A DNA stretch of 46,610 nucleotides from Octopus sinensis (Eukaryota). The stretch spans positions 1-46,610 of the forward strand of contig NW_021835263.1 of the NCBI RefSeq assembly GCF_006345805.1, read 5' to 3'. How positions within the stretch are numbered: the stretch's first letter is position 1; each line of letters opens with the position of its first letter. The notes below the pieces were generated by a model. It was not told where the DNA came from. It was given only the letters and a program-made list of their open reading frames with translations, and searched no databases. Shown in pieces: positions 23,110 through 35,187 of the stretch. A program made the translations under genes and the position numbers.

Positions 23110-24700
23110 ATAAAAGAGCAATAAATGATACCCCAGTTTAATTACAGTTAGGCACTGCATCTGAAATCACGTCGGTTTCTTGCAAAACTTGGAGGCGTCA
23201 TAGCTACCTGCAGATAAGGGAGACAGAACACATTGCCAAAAATGCAGCAGGTCATAATTTAAATCTCATTGGTAAGATTAACTTTGATTCAAACTTTCAA
23301 ATGGAACTTGTTACCTGACAAATCGACATGACACTTAGATTTACTTGGTTAAACATGGATTACCGAAGTGAACATATGGAGTGAACCATTGAACTCTAAT
23401 TGCTTACATTCAAATACCCCGTGTGGTTCTATCAATAGTTCATTCCAAGTTGCATCATCTGTCTCACATTTGCCAAAGGATAAATAATCACCCATTTTCA
23501 AAGACTCGTTGGTGCGTTGCAAGTTATACAAAGCAAGTTTGTCGCTAACACCTAATTCAAAGCCTCGCTGTCCAGTTCCATATGCGGTCCATTCGAAGGT
23601 CGACAAAAAGTTATACCATCTTATACAATTAGACATAATAACAACAGTTAACTATTCAACTTGGGCAGCACTTATTTTGGTTGATAGGAAAATAAACGGT
23701 TCTATTTGCCTTTGCACAGATTTTTCGACTGGATTATATGAAGCCTTAGAAGACCACCCCTACTCACGACCTAGTCTTGAAGACATTTTCAGCAAGTTTA
23801 ATGGCGGTGGTTACTTCGCAAAAATCGATTTGGCTGATGCTTTCTTACAAATAGAAGTTGATAACTCAAAACAGCTGTTGAAAATTAATACTCTCAGAGG
23901 TCTTTACCAATATCAAAGATTACCATTCTGGAATTGAAACGGCTCCAGCTATATTTCAACAAGTAATGCATACAATGATTGCAGACATATCTGGAGTTGC
24001 AGCGTAATCAGACGATGCTATAGTAACGGTTTCAATGAATGAAGAATAATTTTATCGATTGGATACTCTTTTCCATAAAATGAATTCATTTGGTTTTCAA
24101 ACAAAAGAGGACAAATGCAAATTTTTTGTAACATCAATAAAATATCTTGGTTTCATTATAAACAAAGACGATCGTAAAACCAAACACAGTGAAGACAGAA
24201 GCAGTTCTGAAATTATCAGCTTCATCAGATGTTAACAAGTTGAGATCGTTTCTTGGAAACCTTAGCTATGTTCAGTGTGTTCCAACTTTCCGTGAATCGT
24301 TTAGACGAACCTTTAAACCAACTACTACAGAAAGATATAAAGTGGGACTGGACATCAGCATGAAGCAAAGCCTTTGAAGAAGTATAATTATTATTGTAAT
24401 TTGATTTATTACTCACCAATTATGACCCGCAGATGGAAAATATTACTGGCCGTATATGCTTCGGATTATGTTATCGGAACTGTCATATCCCATGTATTTC
24501 CAGATGGTATGAGCAGTATGCTCAATTGCCTTTTCAGTACCTGGACCAGTTTTAATCAATTTTGCAAAACTAACACTCTAAGGCATATTTTTGTACCTTG
24601 CTACAATCTTCAGTCTAAAGAACAGCCAGAGAGATTTGTTGATGCTTTTAAAAGGGAACATTTGAAATCAAAAGAGGAGGAATTCTCCACACAGAGTAAT
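23110..24700 (+). pseudogene. Ty3/Gypsy pol remnant (protease-RT-RNase H-integrase), decayed and internally deleted
   Basis: Protease INDTPV*LQLGTASEIT. RT ..GSICLCTDFSTGL..FAKIDLADAFLQI..GLYQYQRLPF/GIETAPAIFQ..AA*SDD (YxDD destroyed) and LRSFLG. RNase H LAVYASDYVIGTVISH. Integrase FNQFC..RH..YNLQSKEQPERFVDAFKR. No LTRs recognised. Confidence 0.93.
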
Positions 24701-25329
24701 CAATGGGATTACAATCGGGGGAATTTAAAGACCAAAAATTGAAGCTACTGAATTCGAAGAAATTGTCCGACAACTATTTCTGTCACTTTCTGGGAGTATA
24801 GTAAGGAGTTGCTTCCTGCTGCCACACATATGGCTTTCCAGCTGCCAACGCCTCCAGCCAGAGATTAAGCACAATCTTCAGCACCTTCAAATAGCCGTCT
24901 GAATTGAGCCTAGGTACAGGGTGGCATCACATCACCCTCAGTACACCTGCTGTAGCCCTTTCTACTAGCCACGACTTTGTAATCTCTTCTGGAGCTGTCC
25001 TTGTCACATCTTGGACCCTTACAGTTTTCGCAGCGCATTGAGCAGCAGACATCAATTTGGCACTTTAATACTCGGCGTGATACAGGTAAATCGTCTCCAA
25101 TATTCAGATGGATTCCAGTCCTCGAGGTCAGAAAATAATTTCTCAACAACAAGCTTAATTTTTATGCTCTCCAACGCCATTGACTGTTCGCGACTACTTC
25201 AAGCTGTTCCTTACAGAAAAGAGACATGACCTCATATTTGGCAGAAACGCTCTGTATAATCTACGCTGTCCTATTTCGTCATACATTTAGTTTTCTTATA
25301 CATGTGCAATATAGCTATGAATATATCTA

Positions 25330-25357
25330 TGTATTTATACACACACACACACACACA

Positions 25358-25398
<41 letters not shown>

Positions 25399-25599
25399 TA
25401 TATGTTTGTATATTATACGCATATTTGCGAGCATATGTATATAGATAGATTGATACACACATTGATATATACACACGCACTCGTACATACATATACATAC
25501 ATTTATATATACACAAACACATATAAATGCATGTATATATATATATACAAACACACACGCACACACACACAAACACACACACACAGATATATTATATAT

Positions 25600-25685
<86 letters not shown>

Positions 25686-25920
25686 ATAAGTGGTCTTCTT
25701 CTATGCACATGAATGATATCTGTTTTAGTGTCTCTCCCTCCCATCTTTGCTCTGCTCTCCGTATAACTATATCTGCTGATATTGTCTCTCTCCCATTCTC
25801 TCTCTGATACACACACACACACACACATGCACTCACAGATATACATAAACACACACACACACACACATATACGCATACAGCCTTTCTTATGTATGTTTCT
25901 CTGTGTGTGTGTGTTTTTTT
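25330..25920. repeat. (AT)n/(AC)n microsatellite cluster
   Basis: Direct reading. Confidence 0.93.
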
Positions 25921-26299
25921 TTCTTCCTCTGTCTGTCTCCAAACCCACCCACTCCGCAACTCATCCAACTTTAAAAAAATCCTTTTTTCACTCCTTTTAT
26001 TCTGAAATATCAGATGTCAACTGATATTGCAGAAGTCATTGACCATACTAGAGAATGTCTGAAGAGTTTAGCATTCATTTAGAATTCCAGGTAGAAAATT
26101 GCGAAACACTGGAACAGAAGCAGGACAAAGAAATCGAAGGCAAGAAATACGAGAGAGAAGGAGAAAGAGAAAGAAAAAGAAGCTGAGGGAGGTGGAAGGA
26201 GTTAGAGTGAAGTATAGGGAAAAAAGAAATATATATATATGCTTGTAGAGAACACTTAGAGAACAAATTGTGTTGTGTGTGTATATGCTTGGCAAAAAC

Positions 26300-26395
26300 A
26301 TATATATGTATGTATATATATCCATACATAAAAACATATATATATATATGAATATATATATATATATAAATATATATATATACATATATATATAC

Positions 26396-26437
<42 letters not shown>

Positions 26438-26501
26438 ATATATACATATATATACATATATATATATTATATATATAATATATATATATATTATATATAT
26501 A

Positions 26502-26532
<31 letters not shown>

Positions 26533-26786
26533 ATATATTAATTACATATGCACATATACACGCAAATATATATGTGCATTCTTATATTATACACGTCTAC
26601 ATATATACATATATGTAATATATGTACACATGTATAATTATACTTAATGCCATTATACATTCACGATTAAATATATGTGTGTGTGCGGGGAAGTTATTGT
26701 GTCTATATATGTATTTGTATATATGTATTTGTATATATATATATATATATATATATATGCATGCATACACACAGACACATACATAC

Positions 26787-26835
<49 letters not shown>

Positions 26836-27067
26836 AACAGAGACAGACAGACAGACAGACAGAGACATATATGTATGTATGCCTGTATGTATGTATGTAA
26901 GTATGTATGTATAAATTTATGTATGTATGTATATAGAGACAGACAAGTACAAATGAATATAACGATAACGTCAGCTCGGTAGTTATGTAAGCAGATAAGG
27001 ATAGCGGGATGTGTTAGGTTACACACACACATACACACACACACAAACATACACACACTCTCTCTTA

Positions 27068-27098
<31 letters not shown>

Positions 27099-27160
27099 TC
27101 ACACATACACACATTCACACAAATTCACGCACACAAAACTGCGCATACACACGCTCTCAG
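26300..27160. repeat. (AT)n/(ACAG)n/(AC)n microsatellite cluster
   Basis: Direct reading. Confidence 0.93.
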
Positions 27161-27519
27161 GATCACAGATAGATAGAGATAGAAAACGAGAAAGAAAACA
27201 GACCGTACTACAAAACAACGGAAACGTGTGTCCTCAATGACCTTTCCGTTAAAAACCGGTGACCTCGCCGCCATTGTCTGTACAAAATTCTCTTAGCTTA
27301 TTTATCCAAACTTCTTCAATAGTTCCTTACCAGTGTTGTGTTGTTGTTGTTGTTGTTGTTACTGCTGCTGCTGCAGCTGCCACTGGTGCTTATTTTTTTG
27401 TTTTGTTATTGTCACCGCATTTGTTGTGAATATTCTTCTATCAGGTTGTTGCAGTGTTCTTGGTTGTGGTATTGTTTTGCTGTTGTTCTGTATCATAGCA
27501 GTTGCTACTGCGGGCGTTT

Positions 27520-27588
27520 CATGCATATGTGTGCGTGTAAGCGTGTGTGTGTGTGTGTATGTTTATGTATGTACGTATATGTATATAT

Positions 27589-27622
<34 letters not shown>

Positions 27623-27794
27623 CATATATATAATATATATATATACATATATATACATATGCATATATACATATATATATAAATACATATATATATACAT
27701 GTGTATATATATATGCAAACATACATATATAAGTTTATATGCTGTATGTACATACACACACATATTTGTATGTGTATTCTATCCATGTATATAA

Positions 27795-27850
<56 letters not shown>

Positions 27851-27955
27851 TTCCTTTTGTTGTCGCTATTGCTGATATACAAATCTATACCTGTATATTT
27901 GTGCGTGAACTGAATGCATACGTGCACACACACACACACATATATACACACATTT
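27520..27955. repeat. (GT)n/(AT)n microsatellite cluster
   Basis: Direct reading. Confidence 0.93.
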
Positions 27956-28406
27956 GTATGTCATTTTGTTGTTGTTAAAGTAATTTAGTGGATTTTTGTT
28001 GTTGTTGCTGTTGTTCGTGTTGTCGTTATTTTGCCCTCTGTACTTGTGGTATTGTGTTGCGTTTGTTATTGTTGTTGTCAATGTTTAGTTGCTGGCATTT
28101 GTTATGTAATTGGGAGATATTTCTGCTCCTAGTCTATTTGTATCGATATCACATGTGACCGACAGCGTCGTACCTTGCAGGCCATCAACAGAGCGTTCAC
28201 ACGGCTGACTCAGGTGCATATATATATATATATATATATATTTGAGTAGTTGAATGAATTACCTTATTAAGGATAATTCGAAAGATAACCGATACCCCGG
28301 TAGCAAATTCACATCAGAGAGAACACGGTGAAGCTACGTCCCTAGGGTATAGACACTTGTTAACCAGTCGTTCAACTCCATTCTTTCATATACTTATATA
28401 TATATA

Positions 28407-28439
<33 letters not shown>

Positions 28440-28446
<7 letters not shown>

Positions 28447-28860
28447 ATTAATAAATAAAACATATGCATATATACATACATATATGTACGTACCTACCTC
28501 TACGTGTATATATACATGCATATATGGGTACAGGACACCATGAAAAAACGTCGAACACAATGCGAAACGAAAACATAAACACAAAACCAAGGAAATGGAC
28601 ATTTTTCTTCGCGGAGTAGATGAAACAGTGGCGACTGAAGAAGGGGAATTTTCCTTGTGTTGTATGTCCTTTACTCTATTTTTTCGTCGTTTAAGAAAAA
28701 TGTCCATTTCCTCGGTTTTGTGTTTATGTTTTCGTTTCTCATTGTGTTCGACGTTTTTTTTTGTGTCCTGTACCCATATATGCATGTATATATACATGTA
28801 GATGTAGGTACGTACATATATGTATGTATGTATATATGTTTTATTTATTAATTTATTATA
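28440..28860. mobile_element. Fold-back element: ~170-bp inverted arms around an 83-bp spacer
   Basis: 28440-28609 is the near-exact reverse complement of 28693-28860; embedded in (TA)n. Confidence 0.9.
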
Positions 28861-29019
28861 TGACGGAACGCACGCATCCATTTCTAAGTAGTGTTGTTTC
28901 GATATAATATATATATATATAATATATCTTGACTGAAGATTAGAGGCTTCAAATGACCCGTCCGTTTTTTGAGTCGTCTATTTGAATGTTTTGCGTTCTT
29001 GTCCCATTTTGTATTTTAT

Positions 29020-29080
<61 letters not shown>

Positions 29081-29172
29081 CTATATACATATATACAATA
29101 TATATAATTTTATACATATATATATATGCACTTGAGTCAGCCGTGTGAACGCATGCAAATACGCACACACAT

Positions 29173-29210
<38 letters not shown>

Positions 29211-29237
29211 GCAAACACTCACACATACACATATAAA

Positions 29238-29685
29238 GTCGCAGGCGCTGTTGTGTGATAAGAAGCTTGCTGCCTCACCATTTGGTTCCGGGAGTAGACT
29301 CATTACGTGGAACCTATGGCAAGTGCTTTCTATTATAGCATCGGGCTAAGCAAAGTATTGTAAACGAATTGGCAAACGGAAACCGAAAGAAGCCCCTTTA
29401 ATGTATGTCCCCCACCACTGCTTGACAACCAGTGTTTGTGTGTTTTCGTGTTTATTGTTTCGGCAAAGGGGATAAAGCAATAGCTACAATAACATGGAAA
29501 TATTGGGGTTAAAAGCTCTGTGTATACGTTGGTGTGTTTATGTCTCGTAATATAGCGGTTCGGCAAAAGGGAGCGGTAGAATAAGTACTAGGCTTAGATC
29601 GAATTCTTCGACTGACAACCTTTAAGGCGGTGCTCCAGCATGACCGCAGTCAAATGACTGAAATAAGTAAAAGAGAAAGAAAATA
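29238..29685 (+). mobile_element. SINE family B, diverged, with little internal microsatellite
   Basis: Collinear similarity to the head and tail of 9666-10150. Confidence 0.8.
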
Positions 29686-29764
29686 AAGCATACACACATA
29701 CACACACGCACACACATATATATATATACAAATTTTTATACGCATACTAAAGCTTGCATATATG

Positions 29765-29812
<48 letters not shown>

Positions 29813-30689
29813 TTTTTAGTTACATGTTTTTAGCGTGTAGAGTTATCGATATTTTAAGTACGAAATTTAATAACTATAAAAAAAGGAATCAATCAATCAT
29901 ATTGAATTTCTCATTGAGAAGGAAAGATATCGGCAGCAGAAACATATTTTTCACATTAACTAAAAAATTAACTTGGAAGCTACTACCATTGCTAAGTATA
30001 AAACCTACATCAACAACAACACTAATAACAAGAGCAACAACTGCTGAAGTAATCGAGGTATCAACCACAATAATTATAACAACATCAATTTGTATTATAT
30101 TTTATTGGAAATTTTAAATGATTCCCAATATTCATAAAAAATACAAATACTAAAAACTTTTAGAATATATGTTCTTAAACACATACACACACACAAGCAC
30201 CACATACGCAAACACTACACACGCATACACACACACTTATATATTATTCAATATTATTCATCGATGTTTTTTTAACAAGTAGACCCTAACGCTTAGACAA
30301 ATGTACAAGCACTTACACCCACGTAAATACTCAGGTATAAACGTGCGTCTGTGTGTTAGTTTGGATGTGTGTGACTGCGTGTACGTGTGTGTGATTCTGT
30401 TCAAGTGTAGAAAAATATATCTATGTAAAAATAAATGTAAATATATTGAGAGAAGTGCCGGAAGGTAGCTAGTTGTAGTTATGCATAAATACGTAATTAA
30501 TCACTAAACTTGATACATTTTATGTGTGTGTGTGTATATGTGTGCGTTTATATATATATATATATATATATATACACGTTTATATATTTGTTGTTCAAGA
30601 TTTTTATTGGCTAAACTTGCAAAATGACCAGTCCGAAATATAACAATATATATATATTAGGAAAAGAAGTAACAAGGATATCCAGGTAT

Positions 30690-30785
30690 CAGTGCATTAC
30701 GGTCGTTTCAAGAGGCTCCATTTAATCGATCAATGAAAACATTACACCAATTTGAAATAAACCGCTCTCCTCAGAAGAATACGAC
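30690..30785 (-). ncRNA. Hammerhead-like motif, intact core, weak stem I
   Basis: Minus strand: CTGAGGA(30774-30768)-GAGCGG..CCTCTT-GAAA-C-GACC-GTA. The sister copy at 32580 has CCGCTT, which restores stem II. Confidence 0.55.
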
Positions 30786-31475
30786 CATATATATTTCCAA
30801 TATAAAGGATAATCCAGTACAATTTTAAAGCAAATTTTTCTTTAGTGCTAGAGACTAAGTTAATTATATTGCTTCTTTCTGCTATTCTTGTAGCAGAATG
30901 AAATTTAGGAAAGGAATACCTAAAACCTACTATAATTTAGAGCGGCAGAACAAAATAATGTGGGTTCAAGAAAGAGGAATGGTGATATAGCAACATTCAT
31001 CTTTATCGTTCAAAAGACCCGATGCAGCAAGTAGTCTACATCCCCTTAGAATTAAAACCATTGGGAATTGACAGTTAAGTTCTTGTTGGTGATAAATTAT
31101 TTAATACGAGATACTCCTCAGTACCTCTATTTTTCTGTGACCATAAAATCAGCCATATCTACATAAAAGAATATGTCTAAGAAGATGGTAGCAAGATAGT
31201 GATATACAGAGACGAAGAGATAACCAGAAAGAGGAAGGGCAGGTGGGACTTAACATATTATGATTACCAACTAAAAGGGCCTAAAATGGGGAAACAAAGG
31301 AGGTTAGAATGAGATCTAAATGTGGGGATAAAGAGTACGGGAAACTGTGCTTCCAAGCTTAGCAAAATTTATGTATTAAATTATTAAAGTTTTGAAAAGG
31401 ATTTAAGAACCAAGCAAGAGAAGAAGGATAGATAAAGCAATCTAAGCCATAAAAGTGGCGGATTTTTATATAAAA

Positions 31476-31846
31476 CTAGCAGTATCGCCCGGCGTTGCTC
31501 GGGTTTGTAAGGGAAATAACTATATAAGCATTTTTAGAGAGTTATAGCCAAAAATTAGCCAAAAAATGCATTAAAAATGGAAAAAAATGACTTATCGTAG
31601 ACATTTTTAGAGAGTTACTTCCCTTATATAATAGCGAAAAAATGCATTAAAATGGAAAAAAATGATGGTAAATGTTTTTTTAAATCGTAGACTCATCGTA
31701 GACGTGCGCTAATACCCAGAAGGGCTCGATATAAATCACAACTATAAGATACCCGGTTTTGGTTAAACTGCACCGCAAAATGTGGGAGTAGTTAGGAATC
31801 TAAATCGTAGGAGACAGACACACAACTTGACTTTTATATATAAAGA
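31476..31846 (-). mobile_element. Complete non-autonomous Helitron, 371 bp
   Basis: Minus strand A|TCTTTATATATAAAAG...CCCGAGCAACGCCGGG hairpin...CTAG|T; no TSD; internal duplication of CATTTTTAGAGAGTTA..AAATGCATTAAAATGG. Confidence 0.9.
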
Positions 31847-32571
31847 TAGGAACCCCACAATGCTTCCTCCTAGCACTATGTTAAGGTGGTCATGATAAAA
31901 CTATTCAACAATGAACGTACAATTAAATTCAGCTATCATGCGAGTCAAAAACCAAAGATTAAGGGATAAAAAATACGATAAATATTTCTATAACAGGTAA
32001 CTTGTTTAAAAGACTTAGAAAAATATATTTATATAAAATATTACCATCATTATGAAAAAACCTGAAAGGATATCAGAAGGTATAAAAGTACCATATATAT
32101 ATATATATAAACGCACAAAAATGAAATATATATTACAATTATGAAATATGCATATAAATAAATAAATAACCATATTGTATTATATTTTACCATGATTACT
32201 ATAGAGAGAAGTTACAATCTCCTTCACAATCTATAGATATTACACCAGTATATATAAGGGTATATAGATATACTAAATACAGTAATATAATATGACACAA
32301 GAATAAATAAAATAAAATAAAAATGAAGAAAAGGAAAAATATTTTCATAAAATGAAAACATAGCGATGAAAATAAAAGTTCTTCAAATGCCATAAAATAT
32401 AAAAACAGATAAAGGATAAAAAATATATATAGCGGATATAAAAAAGATAAAAAGATTTTAAAATATATAGCCGATATAAAAAGAGATAAAAGATAAAAAA
32501 TAAGGATAAGGCGAAGTATTCATAACAAAAGCCAATTAAAATATAAATAAAATAAGAAAAGATACTATTGG

Positions 32572-32628
32572 AAATGGAGCCGCTTGAAACGGCCGTAATG
32601 CACTGATACTGGGACATCCTCGTTACTT
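32572..32628 (+). repeat. Inverted copy of 30667-30723 carrying the 3' half of a hammerhead motif
   Basis: AAATGGAGCCGCTTGAAACGGCCGTAATGCACTGATACTGGGACATCCTCGTTACTT is approximately the reverse complement of 30667-30723. Confidence 0.8.
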
Positions 32629-32854
32629 ATCTGCTTTTTATTCAACTAACTTCGAGCTGTGCGGACAATAGCGGACTGACTTGGTGCCTCAATTTAAGTA
32701 CCTAATTCAATTATTTCTTAACTCGTCAATTATATATACATATATATGTGTGTGTGTGTGTGTGCTTGAGTGTGTTTGTGTGTGTGTAAACAAATCGGAA
32801 ATAGAAATTAAAACAAAAGCAACAAAGGGGAAAAAGATGCACACAATGAATATA

Positions 32855-33200
32855 TTAGAGTCCGTGGGCTTATAGTATATATCTGTTTCTATTACGTTGT
32901 TAGATTTCTTAATGAGGATGTCAAGGAAAGGAAGTTGTTGATGGCTATATTCCATCGTAAATTGAATGTTATAAAGTCCATTTATAAGTGCTTGGAATTC
33001 TTTAAGTCTCTCTATACGTTCATGTCAAAGAATGAAACAGTCATCCAGGTATCGCTTCCAGTTATTTTCTATATAGGAGGAGAATGGGCTGATGTATTTT
33101 TCTCGAACCTTACGATAAAAACTGATTTCTAAATATCCCATGACTAGGTTAGCAAAGGAGGGGACAATTGTCGTACCCATCGCAGTCCCCGAAGCTATCT
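32855..33200 (-). pseudogene. Penelope-like element reverse transcriptase fragment
   Basis: GTAMGTTIVPSFANLVMGYLE..WKRYLDDCFIL* then MEYSHQQLPFLDILI..IETDIYYKPTDS: characteristic PLE RT motifs. Confidence 0.92.
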
Positions 33201-33785
33201 TTGAAGACAAAGTAGTTATATATGTAGGTACACAAAGGGGTGCTTTCAATTTCCGTCAACCAAATTCACTGAGAAGTATTTAATCAACCCGGGGCTATAG
33301 TAGAAAACACCGAAGTGTCTTGTTGAGGGACAACCCAAGACTTCACCGTTTGGAAAACCAGTTTTTATCAACACACCCACACCTCCACCGCCCATGTAAT
33401 TTGGTTGTGTAAATATTTGAGATAATGTTTTGTATGTAGTAGATGTCAATTTTAGTCGAGTATATCTGAAACGATGTTTTCTGCATCGAGAGACTGTTAG
33501 TACCAGAGGTTGGGAAGAGAAGAGTGAAATATTGTATTTGAATAAACCTCGGGAAGCTAAGTTAAGAGAACAACATAGGAAAAAGGAGAAAAAATAAAAG
33601 TTGAGAAAATGAAAGAGTACGAAATGTTCAGATTTTAATAGATTACATAAACTTCAAGAAACCCTCGAAGAAAAAGTTTATGGAACAATGCAAAAAGAAA
33701 AAGAAATATTCTCTTTTTCATAAGTGCCGTTGACTTCTCTTAACTTCGCTTCCCCTGATTTATTCTGATATTATATTTCACTCTC

Positions 33786-34387
33786 AAAGGCAGCGAGCTG
33801 GCAGACACGTTAGCGCGCCGGGCGAAATGCTTAGCGGTATTTCGTCTGTCGTTACGTTCTGAGTTCAAATTCCGCCGAGATCGACTTTGCCTTTCATCCT
33901 TTCGGGGTCGATTAAATAAGTACCAGTTACGCACTGGGGTCGATGTAATCGAATTAATCCCTTTGTCTGTCCTTGTTTGCCCCCTCTGTGTTTAGCCCCT
34001 TGTGGGTAGTAAAGAAATATGTATTTCGTCTGCCGTTACGTTGTGAGTTCAAATTCCGCCGAGGTCGACTTTGCCTTTCATCCTTTCGGGGTCGATAGAT
34101 AAAGTACCAGTTTCGCACTGGGGTCGATGTAATCGACTTAATCCCTTTGCCTGTCCTTGTTTGTCGTCTCTGTGTTTAGCCCCTTGTGGGTAGTAAAGAA
34201 ATAGGTATTTCGTCTGTTGTTACGTTGTAAGTTCAAATTCCGCCGAGGTCGACTTTGCCTTTCATCCATTCGGGTTCGATAGATAAAGTACGAGTTTCGC
34301 ACTGGGGTCGATGTAATCAACTTAATCCCTTTGCCTGTCCTTGTTTGTCCCCTCTGTGTTTAGCCCATTGTGGGTAGTAAAGAAATA
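33786..34387 (+). mobile_element. SINE family A trimer (head + 3 x 184 bp)
   Basis: Units start at 33837, 34021 and 34205; perfect 14-bp TSD TATATTTCACTCTC (33772-33785/34388-34401). Confidence 0.95.
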
Positions 34388-34956
34388 TATATTTCACTCT
34401 CCTCTTTCACCTTCCCAACCTCTCCTACTAAACGGCGTTACTCTGTTATTATTCTATACTAGACTAAATCTGTTGCCTGAGACACACCAGTACATTGTCC
34501 TTGTAGTTGCGTAATTTCGTCCAGTAAATCCAAAGTTTAATACAATGTTCCGCAATGTTGCTCTTGTCATTTATTTGGCGTTCTCACATCTGTGTCTAGC
34601 TTATTTCCATTCACAGAGTATTAGCGGTTTATTTGATTCTCTCATCGGTGTGTCAGCTTGATCCCCAGCTTTCTCTGGAGGGTTGCACAAATGTTTCAGT
34701 AGTGTCGATTTTAATCTCAGCAATGACAGCGGTTGTTGTGTTTAATGTTACTATGTTGCAGAGATGTCAATACCGCTGCAACCGCTAACAAAATGGATGA
34801 CGTGCGTATTCATTGAAAAAAGAGTACATGGATTTAACGTTTGCTCTTATTTCAATTCTTGTCTCTTCCGATGGCAGATTAAATTGAAGAATATCCTGTA
34901 CACTCGATTCGAGACTTAGAACTACCGATTTTGTCTAACTACGTGGTATTGACGCA

Positions 34957-35187
34957 GGCGGCGAGCTGGCAGAAACGTTAGCACGCCGGGCGAAATGCTT
35001 AGCAGTATTTCGTCTGCCGCTACGTTCCGAGTTCAAATTCCGCCGAGGTCGACTTTGCCTTTCATCCTTTCGGGGTCGATTAAATAAGTACCAGTTACGC
35101 ACTGGGGTCGATATAATCGACTTAATCCGTTCGTCTGTCTTTGTTTGTCCTCTCTGTGTTTAGCCCCTAGTGGGTAGTAAAGAAATA
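34957..35187 (+). mobile_element. SINE family A monomer
   Basis: Head GGCGGCGAGCTGGCAGAAACGTTAG plus one unit; perfect 12-bp TSD GGTATTGACGCA (34945-34956/35188-35199). Confidence 0.95.

Noticed and set aside
33837-34020. Hammerhead retrozyme interpretation of the 184-bp unit
   Set aside because: No CTGANGA..GAAA core seen on either strand; other ribozyme classes cannot be excluded by eye.
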